Sequence record: LC819008.1 | Length of the DNA stretch: 64,000 bases | Strand: one strand, 5' to 3' | Shown: positions 49,926 through 59,298 of the stretch, piece by piece | Layout: the number at the start of each line of letters is the position of its first letter | Position numbering within the stretch: the stretch's first letter is position 1 | Program-made: the position numbers and the translations under genes | Notes under the pieces: generated by a model | Seen by the model: the letters and a program-made list of their open reading frames with translations, nothing else | Databases searched by the model: none | Told to the model about the DNA's origin: nothing

Positions 49926-50490
49926 TGCTTTCTCCGGAATCTTTCTTCTTGTTCTTGTGACCAATCAGCTTACGCATCAAAGCCTTAAGGGGGCTACCTT
50001 CTTTTTTCGATTGAAGGAAATCGTTTACTTGCGCGATGAGTTCTGATTCCTCATCCTCCTCGCTCAGACTAAGCAGAACATCAGGAGTAAGTGGATACCG
50101 AACCTTGCCGACAAGACGACGACCATCTTTCATCTTCCAGATAGCCAGCAGTTCGATCTCTTCGACATTGGCAACAACAGCTGCCTTGACGAAGGTTGAG
50201 ACCGACATACTTTCATCTTCAGAGAACACCTGGTTCGTGATGTTGCCGCGCGCACTGGTGCGATGTGCTGGCGTTTGCGGGATCCCGTTTGCAGGATCGT
50301 TCACATAACGCTTAAGCAATGCGTCCCAAGTTTCCAGGCGTGTTATGCCTAGTCCTTTGAACAGAAATCGGTGAGTCAGATACCAAAGAACATTCTTCGG
50401 CCTTGAGGGGAAATTGAATATTCCCCGAGCAGTCAGGTCCATCTGACTGTTGACTCGTCGTGTGACGAGACTATCTTCTTTTCGTGCCAT
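49918..50490 (-). CDS. Hypothetical protein
   Basis: 190 aa with a GGAG RBS. Confidence 0.6.
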   Translation of the reverse strand: MARKEDSLVTRRVNSQMDLTARGIFNFPSRPKNVLWYLTHRFLFKGLGITRLETWDALLKRYVNDPANGIPQTPAHRTSARGNITNQVFSEDESMSVSTFVKAAVVANVEEIELLAIWKMKDGRRLVGKVRYPLTPDVLLSLSEEDEESELIAQVNDFLQSKKEGSPLKALMRKLIGHKNKKKDSGESNE

Positions 50491-50544
50491 TTGATAGGCT
50501 CCAAACAGTGATATGGTTTTCCATACCGGTTAAGATGACTTTGG

Positions 50545-51060
50545 TCATTCGCCAAAGTGTTCAAGTAAAGCATTGATAAACCCAGTCAACGTCTGCGTGT
50601 ATTTGTACAGCTGACGATGGTTGTGTTCCATAGCACCATGCAGTTCCATGTCTGCGAACTTCATGTACTCGTAGTAAGTGTCGATCAACTCTACTGCTCG
50701 TTGGATCTTCACCGCCGTGTCGTCCACGTAGTAGCCGTCGTGAACAAAGAGGAAGTCGTCAAATCTCGGATTCTTCAATTCCCTCACAGAGAAGATTCCG
50801 CGTTCAATATGCTGCTTATCTTTCAGATAGTCATTTACCTCCAGGAGTGACTTAATGAAGTCCGGCAAGTTCTCGGAGAAACATTCGATTCTTCCGAGAG
50901 AGGCCGGCGACTTGGTAAGAGTCAATTGCGTGATACCGATACGACCCAGTGCAATCTGGAGTTGCATATAGATGCTGTCGGGATCAGCTTTCTTCTCTTC
51001 TACCGCAACGGGTTCAGGAGTATTCCTTCTCCGCAGATAGTCGAACAGTCGCTGTATCAT
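50545..51060 (-). CDS. Hypothetical protein
   Basis: ATG 51060 with a GAAGG RBS. Confidence 0.6.
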   Translation of the reverse strand: MIQRLFDYLRRRNTPEPVAVEEKKADPDSIYMQLQIALGRIGITQLTLTKSPASLGRIECFSENLPDFIKSLLEVNDYLKDKQHIERGIFSVRELKNPRFDDFLFVHDGYYVDDTAVKIQRAVELIDTYYEYMKFADMELHGAMEHNHRQLYKYTQTLTGFINALLEHFGE

Positions 51061-51102
51061 GTGACCTTCATTCAATGGATTTTCCAGACATAGATCCAAA
51101 TA

Positions 51103-51117
51103 GTAATATATGTCTGA
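51103..51117 (-). promoter_or_regulatory. Early-promoter-like motif
   Basis: Minus strand TCAGACATATATTAC, containing TATATTAC. Confidence 0.6.
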
Positions 51118-51139
51118 GCTGTTTTAAAGGAGAAACATC

Positions 51140-51577
51140 GTGTCCTCATTGACACCTGAAAAGATCGAGGAAAGTTTTCAGGACCTCGACTACACCACGG
51201 GAATCCGCAAACAGATCGTGACTGCTCTGCTTCCGGATGCGCTAGGGAGCAAAGATCCTGAGCTTGCTCGAACTGTCATGCAGGGGCTTGACGGCATTGA
51301 TAAAGTTGCCCTTGGTCGTCTCAAACTCAATGAGAAAGCCAAGGAAAACGAAACCCGTGCTGACGAAGCCGCGGCAATGGCACAGTATCTGGTTACTTTG
51401 TCTGACCGCCGTCAAAAGGAAGGCAGACCGGAAGTCAGCCACAACGAAACAGTCGGACGCAAGCTGCCGGAAGACCGTCGGCCGGCCTACGATCCGTCTG
51501 TCCGTGACTCTGCAGCGGGTAGCGAAAACACGTCGGAATTCACCGAACGCATCGAAGGCGAGAACGGAAAGCGTTAA
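51140..51577 (+). CDS. Hypothetical protein
   Basis: 145 aa, GTG start with an AAGGAG RBS. Confidence 0.65.
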   Translation: MSSLTPEKIEESFQDLDYTTGIRKQIVTALLPDALGSKDPELARTVMQGLDGIDKVALGRLKLNEKAKENETRADEAAAMAQYLVTLSDRRQKEGRPEVSHNETVGRKLPEDRRPAYDPSVRDSAAGSENTSEFTERIEGENGKR

Positions 51578-52368
51578 TCCGCTTTGTTCTGTTCCACCAG
51601 TTTCTTATCGAGTTCATCGATAGAAAGATGCTTCGAAACGTCGACGTCTTCGATCGCAGCCAGACGTTCATCTGGGTAGATGATCGAAAAGTGTTCAACG
51701 TTAATGAACTTCAAGTGAATCCTGGGAGCCACTGCGGCTTCCAGGACCGCTAGGCTATTTATGCCGCGTTTCATCTGCTCGATGACTTCTTCGTCCTTAT
51801 CCGGATCGGAGTTGAAGTACACCATCGGAGCCACCAGCAACAGGAATGGCTTCGGATTTTTGATGAGTGAATTGGCATGTGCGTTGAGGTAGTGATGGTA
51901 GTCGTACATCACCATCATCACGTAATTCTCAGCACACAAAGCGGGCGTCATTTCCTTGATGTCTTTGCTGATGACATTCACACCAATTCGACCCTGGAAC
52001 TTCAGATAGATGATGCTGCGCAGTGCAGCCATCTCGTCGGGCTGGAACGGATACGGCCAGACGTTCACATCCAGCTGAGGCTTCTGATTGTCCGGCAGTT
52101 CGTGAGCAATCGTTTCCTTCATCAATTCGGCAATCTGGGGAGCCAGAAAGACAAAGATGTTGGTCATGAGTGCTTCTTGCAAAGTCTCGACTTCGAACTT
52201 GTTGTAAAGCTCGTCGTAGGCTTTCTTATCGATTCCTTCGAAGAAGTCACCCTTACGAACGTGATAGCCGTTCTTAATGAGGCTATGAGCGGCTTCCGGG
52301 TTCAGACGCCTCACTACCCCATAGCGCGCGTCCAGGAGAGCGCCAATCTCTGCATAGATGCCTTTCAT
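51574..52368 (-). CDS. Conserved phiKZ-like hypothetical protein (degenerate HAD-like N-terminus possible)
   Basis: 264 aa; 'IYAEIGALLDARYG'; TAATG-coupled to the upstream gene. Confidence 0.6.
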   Translation of the reverse strand: MKGIYAEIGALLDARYGVVRRLNPEAAHSLIKNGYHVRKGDFFEGIDKKAYDELYNKFEVETLQEALMTNIFVFLAPQIAELMKETIAHELPDNQKPQLDVNVWPYPFQPDEMAALRSIIYLKFQGRIGVNVISKDIKEMTPALCAENYVMMVMYDYHHYLNAHANSLIKNPKPFLLLVAPMVYFNSDPDKDEEVIEQMKRGINSLAVLEAAVAPRIHLKFINVEHFSIIYPDERLAAIEDVDVSKHLSIDELDKKLVEQNKAD

Positions 52369-52853
52369 TATGCGACTACCTCCGCAATGATTTCAGGATT
52401 ACCGTACGTGAAGAGAACCGCAAACATCACGAGGTAGCGGTTGTTCTGAAGGATCTTGACAATACCGTCCGGATCAGGAATACGATCACGATATTCCGTA
52501 CCCATAAACGAAAGTTTCGGATCCGCTGCTTCTTTCGTATTGAAGGCTTGTGCCAGATGGACGATCAGTGCCTGATAATCCTGCTCAGGCAAAGTGAAAC
52601 GAGTGCGGAACAAAGCCGTCAACGTGTAGACCAGGTTGATGTGCAGTGTGTCCTTGTAGATCATGTCGTAGAGATTCTGCATCGAATCTTCCGTGAACAC
52701 GAGCCAGCCTTGCGTTTGCAAGAGAACTTCGGCGAGGAAAGTTGCTTCATTCTGACGATTCTCGCCCTTGATCGTCAGGTTATGGAAATAATGCGACAGC
52801 GCACTGTTGATTGCGTTCTGTGCGGTTTCCGTGATTTCTGCCAGTGTTGACAT
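52368..52853 (-). CDS. Hypothetical helical protein
   Basis: ATG 52853 with a GGAG RBS; the longer track start overlaps the upstream gene. Confidence 0.6.
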   Translation of the reverse strand: MSTLAEITETAQNAINSALSHYFHNLTIKGENRQNEATFLAEVLLQTQGWLVFTEDSMQNLYDMIYKDTLHINLVYTLTALFRTRFTLPEQDYQALIVHLAQAFNTKEAADPKLSFMGTEYRDRIPDPDGIVKILQNNRYLVMFAVLFTYGNPEIIAEVVA

Positions 52854-52917
52854 AAAGACTCCGAACAAAAGATACGACAGAGTACCTGGCCGAAGCCAGG
52901 TACTCACACAGGATGGC

Positions 52918-53601
52918 TCACAGCGTGTTGTCGTAGTGCATGCCAAGAAGGATGTTACGAAGCGAACGGGTCGAACCGACCTCACCCGCATAGGGTTCGA
53001 GTGCTTTCATCGAGGCCCCGCCAGTCTTCATGATCGCTTGATTCATGAGACGATTGCCTTTCACGTCGCCCCCACGCCAGTGCATGAATTCTTCAATGGT
53101 CTTCTTCAGACCGAAAGCCTTCAGCAGTGACAGTTCGGGGTAACTGATCTTCGATCCCTTGCTATCGCCAGTGACCTGACCAGTAAAGTCGTCGATCGAG
53201 TGGTTGTTTTCCGGAATGGAAATCTTCTCCACCAGCAGCTGCGCCTGACGTCGTACCGGGAACGGTAGAATCAGATACGCATTGGGTGTCAGGAACCAGT
53301 CGCCTGATTCGTCCTGATACCAGAGATGCTGGAAGAATTGAATTCCAAACTTCGGTCCAAGGACGTTGATGTTTCGCATCGTGTCCAAGGGGAACTTGCC
53401 GCCTGGTGGATCGATATACACCAGTGCACCTTCCTTGTTTCGCATGCGCTCGATCCAGTTATGGAACTGAGCGTCATTCAGGTACTTCGGGCTTTTCGGA
53501 TCGAAGAGTGCCTGGTAAAGAGCCACGTTCGGATTGCCAGGGGCAATCGCGTCAATGATCTCCAGACACATCTTCTCAGCCGCCTTGCGGTTACGTGGCA
53601 T
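52918..53601 (-). CDS. Virion RNA polymerase beta C-terminal subunit (phiKZ gp149-like)
   Basis: 'LLVEKISIP...SIDDFTGQVTGDSKGSKISYPELSLLKAFGLKKTIEEFMHWRGGDVKG' aligns by eye with the RpoB C-terminus 'VDDKIHAR..YSLVTQQPLGG...[34 protein letters not shown]'. Confidence 0.8.
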   Translation of the reverse strand: MPRNRKAAEKMCLEIIDAIAPGNPNVALYQALFDPKSPKYLNDAQFHNWIERMRNKEGALVYIDPPGGKFPLDTMRNINVLGPKFGIQFFQHLWYQDESGDWFLTPNAYLILPFPVRRQAQLLVEKISIPENNHSIDDFTGQVTGDSKGSKISYPELSLLKAFGLKKTIEEFMHWRGGDVKGNRLMNQAIMKTGGASMKALEPYAGEVGSTRSLRNILLGMHYDNTL

Positions 53602-54139
53602 CGGGTTCGTCCTTGAGGCGAATCAGTCGCAACTTGATCTGCTTGTCTTTGCATCGCTCCAACATATCTTTGGTTCCGGGAGAATGACCGTCCCAGAAGC
53701 CAAGACCATGGCTCGATACATTAGCCATATCCTGGTTACGCATGAAGCCAGCCAAAGCGTTGTATTGCTTGCCTTGAGCATTGGTCTTAATCTTCGCACC
53801 AGGAACGTCGATGTTGTTCCAATCAGCCGGGAACTCACTCCAGCGCCAGCCTTTAGCTTTTGCCCAATCGACGATCTGTTTGTCGGCACCTTCTTTCGCC
53901 ATGCCGGACACAAACACTGTGTTTTCGGGGATAAAAGACCAGTCACGAATGAAGCCTTCCAAACAAGCTTCAAAGATTTCCTGGTCTACATTTTTCCGAC
54001 TGCCAAAAACGACTACTACGTTTTTGAACTTTCTCAATTCGTCACGTCGGATCGGACGAACCGGCTTGCCATCGCTCATGATTCTGCAATCCTGGTTAAG
54101 CCCCGAAAATTGATAGTTCTTCTCAATATATCGAGGCAT
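53591..54139 (-). CDS. YspA/DUF2493-like SLOG family protein
   Basis: 'VVVFGSRK', 'VSGMAKEGAD', 'FPADW', 'AGFMRNQDMA' and 'FWDGHSPGTKDM'. Confidence 0.82.
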   Translation of the reverse strand: MPRYIEKNYQFSGLNQDCRIMSDGKPVRPIRRDELRKFKNVVVVFGSRKNVDQEIFEACLEGFIRDWSFIPENTVFVSGMAKEGADKQIVDWAKAKGWRWSEFPADWNNIDVPGAKIKTNAQGKQYNALAGFMRNQDMANVSSHGLGFWDGHSPGTKDMLERCKDKQIKLRLIRLKDEPDAT

Positions 54140-54173
54140 AAAAAGGAGAGCGGAATCAATCCGCTCTCACGTT

Positions 54174-55598
54174 TTACTTCCAATAAGGCTTGTACTTGTC
54201 AATACGCATGCGCATCAAGTCCAGCGTCGAGAGGTAAGGAATGGGGTGATCGTCGTTGTTCAACGTCCACCAGCCACGAGTATTGCCCAGGATTTCATCC
54301 CAGTCGTAACCCTTTTCCTTGATGCCGTCGAACAGTTCCTTCGGCGTGCACAACAGACCCTGATTGCGAAGCTCGGGCATCAGACGGCTCATTTGCATGA
54401 GTTCCATCGTGATGTTGAGCGCGCGCTGCAGCATGGGGTCGGTGTCGATCTTCGAACGAACCTTCGTACGGCTCAGCTTGGCATCAGGGCGAAGAGTCAG
54501 GTAGTAATTCTGATCGTTGCCCTCCAGACCGAAAGAGTCCGGATGATCCCACAGATTATAGAACTCGGTCATCGCCGGCAGAATGCCTTGCTTCTGCGAA
54601 ACGATCAGACGAATGGGTACACCCGACGGACCCGACTTGCCTCGCAACTCAACTGCGTGCAATACGTTCAGGTCGGTATCGCCTTCAGCGTTGTCGAATT
54701 CATCACGCGGAAATTGCGGCAGCTTCGTCTGACGATGGATCAGTTTCTCCAGATTGTAGAACTGGACGATCGAGTTCATGATGTACGTGAACTTGTCCGT
54801 CACGCCCTTCATCTTGACGTTGCCCTGGATGTTCGACAGCTTCTTCTTTTCCGGATTGTATTGATCCAGATTGAAGATGGGGCCGACCTGAGCGGTCATG
54901 GAGAAGTAGTGAGAAGCCTTGTGAAGCAGCGGCGGCAGTTCCGAGAGCAGACGCAGCTTGTTGATACCTTGCTTCATGAACATCGTCTCAGCACCTTTCT
55001 CGCCAAGACCTGTATCGGAGTTCATCTTCGACACGTCTTTGGTCACGAAGTCCGTGAACGAGTCCAGACCACCGAACGTCGGGATGATCATGTCCATCAG
55101 TTCGTTGGTGGTGCCCAGCTTCACGAAAGGAAGCGGCGCGCGATACTCTTTCTTCTTGCCGAGATCGCACTTCGTTTCCAGGAATTCCTTGGTCTTGTCG
55201 TACCACTCTTCACCACCATAGACCTTGCGGTTGGTGACGACGAAGCGTTCGGATTCGATCGGGTCCACTCCGTCGAACTCAGGAAGCTGTGCGGCGAGAT
55301 CGCCAACACGCGTACCCTGTGTGTTCATTTCGGTTTCGAACATGGAGCCTGTCGATTCGCCATGAATGCGATACATTGCTCGCAGGTTCTTGTACAGCAT
55401 CGAGGTGGTCTTGAAGAGGTTACCGCCACCTACGTAACCGCTCAGCTGAGCATGCCCGCCATTGAGCAATGCTTCGCCATGTTGGCCGTAATACCAGCGG
55501 CCGGTGATGATGTCGAGACCGGCTCCCACGTTGATCATGGGTGCAAGATGTTCGGCCTTTTGGTAAGGTTGTTTAAACAGCATGTGAATGCTCTCCAA
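54174..55598 (-). CDS. uvsX: UvsX/RecA-like recombinase (phiKZ gp152-like)
   Basis: Walker A variant 'GYVGGGNLFKTT', 'LDSFTDF', 'TAQVG' and 'RGKSGPSG'; 474 aa; synteny agrees. Confidence 0.78.
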   Translation of the reverse strand: MESIHMLFKQPYQKAEHLAPMINVGAGLDIITGRWYYGQHGEALLNGGHAQLSGYVGGGNLFKTTSMLYKNLRAMYRIHGESTGSMFETEMNTQGTRVGDLAAQLPEFDGVDPIESERFVVTNRKVYGGEEWYDKTKEFLETKCDLGKKKEYRAPLPFVKLGTTNELMDMIIPTFGGLDSFTDFVTKDVSKMNSDTGLGEKGAETMFMKQGINKLRLLSELPPLLHKASHYFSMTAQVGPIFNLDQYNPEKKKLSNIQGNVKMKGVTDKFTYIMNSIVQFYNLEKLIHRQTKLPQFPRDEFDNAEGDTDLNVLHAVELRGKSGPSGVPIRLIVSQKQGILPAMTEFYNLWDHPDSFGLEGNDQNYYLTLRPDAKLSRTKVRSKIDTDPMLQRALNITMELMQMSRLMPELRNQGLLCTPKELFDGIKEKGYDWDEILGNTRGWWTLNNDDHPIPYLSTLDLMRMRIDKYKPYWK

Positions 55599-55688
55599 TC
55601 ATTTGAAATGAAGAATGCGTGAGTCAAACTATGGGGTTTTTCACTAAAAATATAGTTTGGCGTCTTTGATTACCTTAGCGAGATACCC

Positions 55689-56570
55689 ATGGACCACATT
55701 TTCCAGTCGAACATTTACTCGGATCGGGATCCGGATCAGAACATGGTCCAGATGAACGGATTGTTCCTCGACCTGATCTCGACCTCTGCCACAGCAGACT
55801 GCCAGTCGATGCCGCTCAAGCAGTTCTTTGGCGACTTCTACACGAAGGCACGTTTCTCGGTGGAGAACACGTTCGACAAGTTCCTCTCCTCGGCTCCGAT
55901 CGAACTGCGTCCCGCGAAGATCTTCGAGCGTTTCGTGGATACGCGTCCGTATGCGGACATCATGCAATACCGCGCTGAGATCCCCGAAGGTCTCATCGTT
56001 ACGTATCTCGATTACCTGAAGGTTCTCATGCCTGCTCAGGAATCGGCCAACAACATCGTGAAGGACGTCATCGACCCGTTCACGACTTTCGTCTCGAAGA
56101 TGATCTCGGACGAAATCTTCCGTAATCAGGCTGGCCATCAGATCAAGGAGTTCGCTAAACTTGAACCTGAATACGTGAAGATCAACAAGGAATTCGCCAA
56201 GTGCTTCGGCAAGAACGATTTTCGTGCTTCTGCTGCATTCGGTGAAGTCGTCAAGCGCAACGGCGACTGGCGTACTGTCTTCTCGGAAACGGCGGAACTG
56301 AAGAAGCTCTATCAGGACTTCCCGGCTCAGGAACTCACGAAGAAGCTGAACCGTCTCTACGAGATGCTCGACGAGCTCGTGGATCAGATCAAGCTCGATC
56401 ACTACGCGCAAGTGGAAAAGGAAGTCACGCAGCTGCTGGGCAACGGCATGTACTTCGTGGCGAAGATGGTGGAGCTCTCGGCTCTGACCACGTTCCGTAG
56501 CCGTACGTTCATCGAGACGATCAACACCACGATCAAGAACGTCGAAGAGTTGCCGAACGTGAAGAATTAA
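55689..56570 (+). CDS. Putative virion (head) protein, phiKZ-like
   Basis: 293 aa, helical, with strong codon bias; divergent from uvsX. Confidence 0.6.
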   Translation: MDHIFQSNIYSDRDPDQNMVQMNGLFLDLISTSATADCQSMPLKQFFGDFYTKARFSVENTFDKFLSSAPIELRPAKIFERFVDTRPYADIMQYRAEIPEGLIVTYLDYLKVLMPAQESANNIVKDVIDPFTTFVSKMISDEIFRNQAGHQIKEFAKLEPEYVKINKEFAKCFGKNDFRASAAFGEVVKRNGDWRTVFSETAELKKLYQDFPAQELTKKLNRLYEMLDELVDQIKLDHYAQVEKEVTQLLGNGMYFVAKMVELSALTTFRSRTFIETINTTIKNVEELPNVKN

Positions 56571-56607
56571 AACGCAGTTAAGAAACAAAAAAAATAATGA
56601 CGCTTAT

Positions 56608-56637
56608 CTACTCCTGGGGCCTAGGCCCCAGGAGTAG
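56608..56637. terminator. Perfect 30-bp palindrome between convergent genes
   Basis: ctactcctggggcct|aggccccaggagtag is fully self-complementary. Confidence 0.65.
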
Positions 56638-56648
56638 TTTGTCTCTTT

Positions 56649-57107
56649 TTATTCTGCGGCAAGTTCCAGCGGCCGGTTGTGCGTGAAGTCGGCCAATAAC
56701 CGTTCACGACGAATCTGCGCCTTTGCTGTGTTTACCTTAGAGAGATACCGTCGGTCGCCTGGGTTGTACATGGCGATGGCGCGGTCACGGGTCTTGTAAC
56801 GGTCAAGGTTACGAGAAAGAAGAGTAGCACCGAAACCCACGTTCGTGCATGACTTGTAAAGATCTTTCGCGAATACTTTCTTTTTCCTTAGTTCGGGAAG
56901 GTGAATGGAATTGATTTGCATGAGACCGTAACTGGTTGAACCATTACGATCATGGTGGACGGCTTTCGGATTACCGCCGCTTTCGACCTTGATGATGGCA
57001 CGGACGTCCATCTCATTGAGGCCGTTCTGTTTAGCGATGTCGCTGACGCAATCTGCAAGGGCCAAGTTGCAGAGGGAGAAGAGTAGCGCGAGTAAGAATA
57101 AACGCAT
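56649..57107 (-). CDS. Exported SLT-family lytic transglycosylase
   Basis: Signal peptide 'MRLFLLALLFSLCNLALA', catalytic 'IIKVES', 'GLMQINS', 'NVGFGATLL' and 'AIAMYN'. ATG 57107 has an AAGGA RBS. Confidence 0.85.
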   Translation of the reverse strand: MRLFLLALLFSLCNLALADCVSDIAKQNGLNEMDVRAIIKVESGGNPKAVHHDRNGSTSYGLMQINSIHLPELRKKKVFAKDLYKSCTNVGFGATLLSRNLDRYKTRDRAIAMYNPGDRRYLSKVNTAKAQIRRERLLADFTHNRPLELAAE

Positions 57108-57202
57108 TATTTTCCTTGTTAGACTACCAGTTGTAAAAAAGCGAGACACAAACTCACTCTACACCCTTGTGGGGCGTAGAGTGGTTTATGGGAGTTCTTC
57201 GA

Positions 57203-57640
57203 TCACTGGACAAACAACTGATCACGAGCTTCGAGGAGCTGACGAACTTCGATGACCACACGGAAGATCTCATCGTAGACCAACCAGCACGGCATCATCA
57301 CAACGATTTGTCGCGCAATTCGCGTCAGGTCGTGATCCGATTTTTGATGAAGGAAGACTGGACAGACAAGGTCTTCGACAGGACGTTTGCCCCAGATCTT
57401 GTCTGTGCAGGCGATCGGGAGTTCCATTGCGTGAGGATCGACTTTGGTCAGACCAAACTCTTTCTGAATTCGCAATAGTGTCTCTCGATCCAGTTCACTC
57501 TTCCCTGCGAGCTTGCCTGACAGGGAGGAAATGAACATGAGTCGTTTCATGCGCGAGGGTAAGAGGTGGAACAAAACCCGCAACGTGCGGGTCTGGAATC
57601 TCTTATTCGACAGTTTCATAGTTGAATAACCTGCGAACAA
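57203..57640 (-). CDS. Hypothetical protein
   Basis: 145-aa ORF in the operon; the start may be downstream at MKLSNK. Confidence 0.5.
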   Translation of the reverse strand: MFAGYSTMKLSNKRFQTRTLRVLFHLLPSRMKRLMFISSLSGKLAGKSELDRETLLRIQKEFGLTKVDPHAMELPIACTDKIWGKRPVEDLVCPVFLHQKSDHDLTRIARQIVVMMPCWLVYDEIFRVVIEVRQLLEARDQLFVQ

Positions 57641-57656
57641 TAAAGTTGATCATCCC

Positions 57657-59246
57657 CTATGCGGCCTTTTTCAACTTCGATTGCTTCGCCTTGTTCAGGC
57701 GTACATTCGAGTAGTAACCACAATAGGCACCGGCGTCATCACCTGCTTCGATGACGGTGAAATAACGGAACACACCAGGAGACTCTTCCCAAGTAAGAAG
57801 CGTAACCTTTGGATTCGTCTCTTCGATCCTCTTAAGACCATTACGGTCAGCCATGTCGATTCCGAATGTGAGGATCGTGGGAAGCGTGATCTCCACGCCA
57901 TTGGAGTCCCGGTAGAGGGCGTCTACCTCGATCGAAGCTACCCCAGGCTTGATCGACGCCTTCAGTTTCGTTACAGGAATTTCCTTGTTCTTCTTCTTCG
58001 TAATCGACGTCTCATATAAATGAGGCGTCAGATCCGTCACCGCATACCGTTTGGACGATTCGTCTTTGTTCAACCACTCGTCAAGACGGCTGGCCAGAGT
58101 GTTCACGGCCATTACGGCTTCCAAGGCTTTCTTCGGTGGATCGACTACCTCGGTGACGACCTGTTTGTCTACCGACTGAAGATTGTTGTTGTAGGAGTTG
58201 GGCTGATACAAAGACCAGTTACCATACTCGGTGAACATCTTGAAAACGTTCGACTTGAAAAACGCACCCAGATGTCCGATGACCATCTCGTTCTTATAGC
58301 CACCCAACTTGCAATGGTAGGCTATAAGGGCCTCCAACGATTCGATCGGTTCTTTCGTTTGAATGACTGAGTAGGAGGTATCGCTCAGTCGCTTGCCGAA
58401 GAGACCCAAGTCCTTGTCGATGGCGCCCATGTAGTAGCGGCCCTTCTCGGTCCCGGTCATCTCTCCGTTGAAGAAGAGCTTCTGATGGCAGATAAGCGGA
58501 TGCTTGTCGACTTCTGCTGCCTTCCAGTAACCCTGAGCAGGTTCCTTATGGAAGGCATCGTCGGTCAAACCAGCCAAGGTCATGTTCTTACCCAGGTTGG
58601 CATTGTTATCTGCCAGCTGGTTGCCCAGGAAGATCGAGTGACCCGGCATCCAGTCGCACTTGATGTCGTAGTCCTTCATCTCGTTCTTGAGCTTCCAGAG
58701 ATGCTGCCAGAGCGGCTTGTTCTTGATTTCATTGCCATCGCGGCGACGCCAGTTGTTCTTCGCCCAGAGGGGAAGGACTTTGGTATAGCCGTCGAGAGTG
58801 TATTCGCTATCCAGCCACAGGCGGATTGTGCGAATGTTTTCACGCTGGCAGTATTCAAGTGCTTTGATGAGGGCAGTGATTTCTGCGGCGTTGTTGGTCG
58901 AACGACCTTTCTCGTCAACGATCGGCGAAGGACCGAAAGCGTCGAGATAGAAGACGGGAGTAATTTCGATCGATTCCATGTGGCGATCGAGGATGGACAT
59001 CGTGCCTTCCTTCAGCTTCGATTCGTCCAGGTTCACGTAAGGATCTTCACCCTTACGGAATGCGTCGAGCATTGCTTTGTCGACGTAGCCTTCATTGGTC
59101 AGGTAGAAGTCGGCGTTGCCGCTTCCTTTCTTGGGTGCTTCGTTCGAATAGGCGTAACCGTGAATACCCCAGCCGCCTTCGCCGGGGTTAGGCACGCACG
59201 ATCCGTCCGTATGCAGGATGATTGCATCGATTTTAAGGTCGCTCAT
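57657..59246 (-). CDS. rnhA: Ribonuclease HI with a long C-terminal extension (phiKZ gp155-like)
   Basis: 'LHTDGSCVPNPGEGGWG', 'TNNAAEITALIKAL', 'LWLDSEY' and 'WMPGHS...GNQLADNNA'. Confidence 0.9.
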   Translation of the reverse strand: MSDLKIDAIILHTDGSCVPNPGEGGWGIHGYAYSNEAPKKGSGNADFYLTNEGYVDKAMLDAFRKGEDPYVNLDESKLKEGTMSILDRHMESIEITPVFYLDAFGPSPIVDEKGRSTNNAAEITALIKALEYCQRENIRTIRLWLDSEYTLDGYTKVLPLWAKNNWRRRDGNEIKNKPLWQHLWKLKNEMKDYDIKCDWMPGHSIFLGNQLADNNANLGKNMTLAGLTDDAFHKEPAQGYWKAAEVDKHPLICHQKLFFNGEMTGTEKGRYYMGAIDKDLGLFGKRLSDTSYSVIQTKEPIESLEALIAYHCKLGGYKNEMVIGHLGAFFKSNVFKMFTEYGNWSLYQPNSYNNNLQSVDKQVVTEVVDPPKKALEAVMAVNTLASRLDEWLNKDESSKRYAVTDLTPHLYETSITKKKNKEIPVTKLKASIKPGVASIEVDALYRDSNGVEITLPTILTFGIDMADRNGLKRIEETNPKVTLLTWEESPGVFRYFTVIEAGDDAGAYCGYYSNVRLNKAKQSKLKKAA

Positions 59247-59298
59247 GTTTTATCTCTACGTTGGCATTAGACACTGTATCAGAGTCTAGCCTAAGTTT

